Source: a virus
Length of the DNA: 64,000 nt
Strand: one strand, 5' to 3'
Virus record (IMG/VR): IMGVR_UViG_3300020187_000010
Below are positions 63,885 to 64,000 of this stretch, piece by piece. A program made the position numbers and the translations under genes. The notes under the pieces were generated by a model. That model was not told where the DNA came from, did not search any database, and worked only from the letters and a program-made list of their open reading frames with translations. Every line of letters begins with the position of its first letter. The stretch's first letter is position 1.

Positions 63885-64000
63885 TTATTGAGTCGTTAGT
63901 TGTTCAACAATAGTTTGATTGAGATACTCTTGTTTCTTTGCTAGTTTATAAACCAAGTTATCTCTTCCTTTCTTCTTCATTCGTTGGATATAATAATCCA
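63885..64000 (-). CDS. Hypothetical protein, C-terminal part (enters from window end)
   Basis: Open frame DYYIQRMKKKGRDNLVYKLAKKQEYLNQTIVEQLTTQ*. Confidence 0.55.
   Translation of the reverse strand, partial: DYYIQRMKKKGRDNLVYKLAKKQEYLNQTIVEQLTTQ

Noticed and set aside
63873-63887. 16S rRNA gene fragment
   Set aside because: Only ~14 nt match, with no flanking rRNA sequence; treated as a regulatory element instead.
1-64000. Alternative genetic code or stop-codon readthrough
   Set aside because: Core genes are full length under the standard code and use TAA, TAG and TGA as stops.

Overview
A 64-kb segment of a large T4-like (Tevenvirinae-related, probably marine) myophage genome of roughly 40% GC. 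It has no rRNA, tRNA, CRISPR array or transposase that I can see. 1-36.8 kb (minus strand) is a late tail/baseplate module: fibre proteins, two giant Arg/Tyr/Gly/Thr tetrad-repeat proteins, a DUF4815/VrlC-like protein, gp8, gp9-like, gp7-like, gp6, gp25, a gp5 split over three genes, a hub protein, gp53 and gp48. 36.8-42.3 kb (plus strand) carries gp4, a sulfotransferase, gp2, gp54-like, gp26, gp51 and a gp29-like tape measure. These are followed by gp32, gp33 and an early region with repeated sigma70 promoter cassettes. 49-64 kb holds spanins, a nuclease, GroES, a dense glycan-modification island, lysozyme and PhoH. The standout observation is that the two repeat proteins (4782-10142, 10191-13277) are self-complementary at the amino-acid level. 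Read inward from both ends, their 4-residue units pair by a strict rule (R/S-start units face Gly-3 units; YxR faces YxR), like the stem of a stem-loop. In the 1786-aa protein the two arms are each exactly 638 residues once a looped-out 221-aa globular domain is removed. This predicts giant antiparallel beta-hairpin fibres whose register is written in the sequence. Other leads are a probable -1 frameshift joining gp26 to gp51, a D-S-x motif enriched in virion proteins next to many glycosyltransferases, and a kinase with a capsid-targeting-like leader. Family assignments come from motifs recognised by eye; no database search was run.
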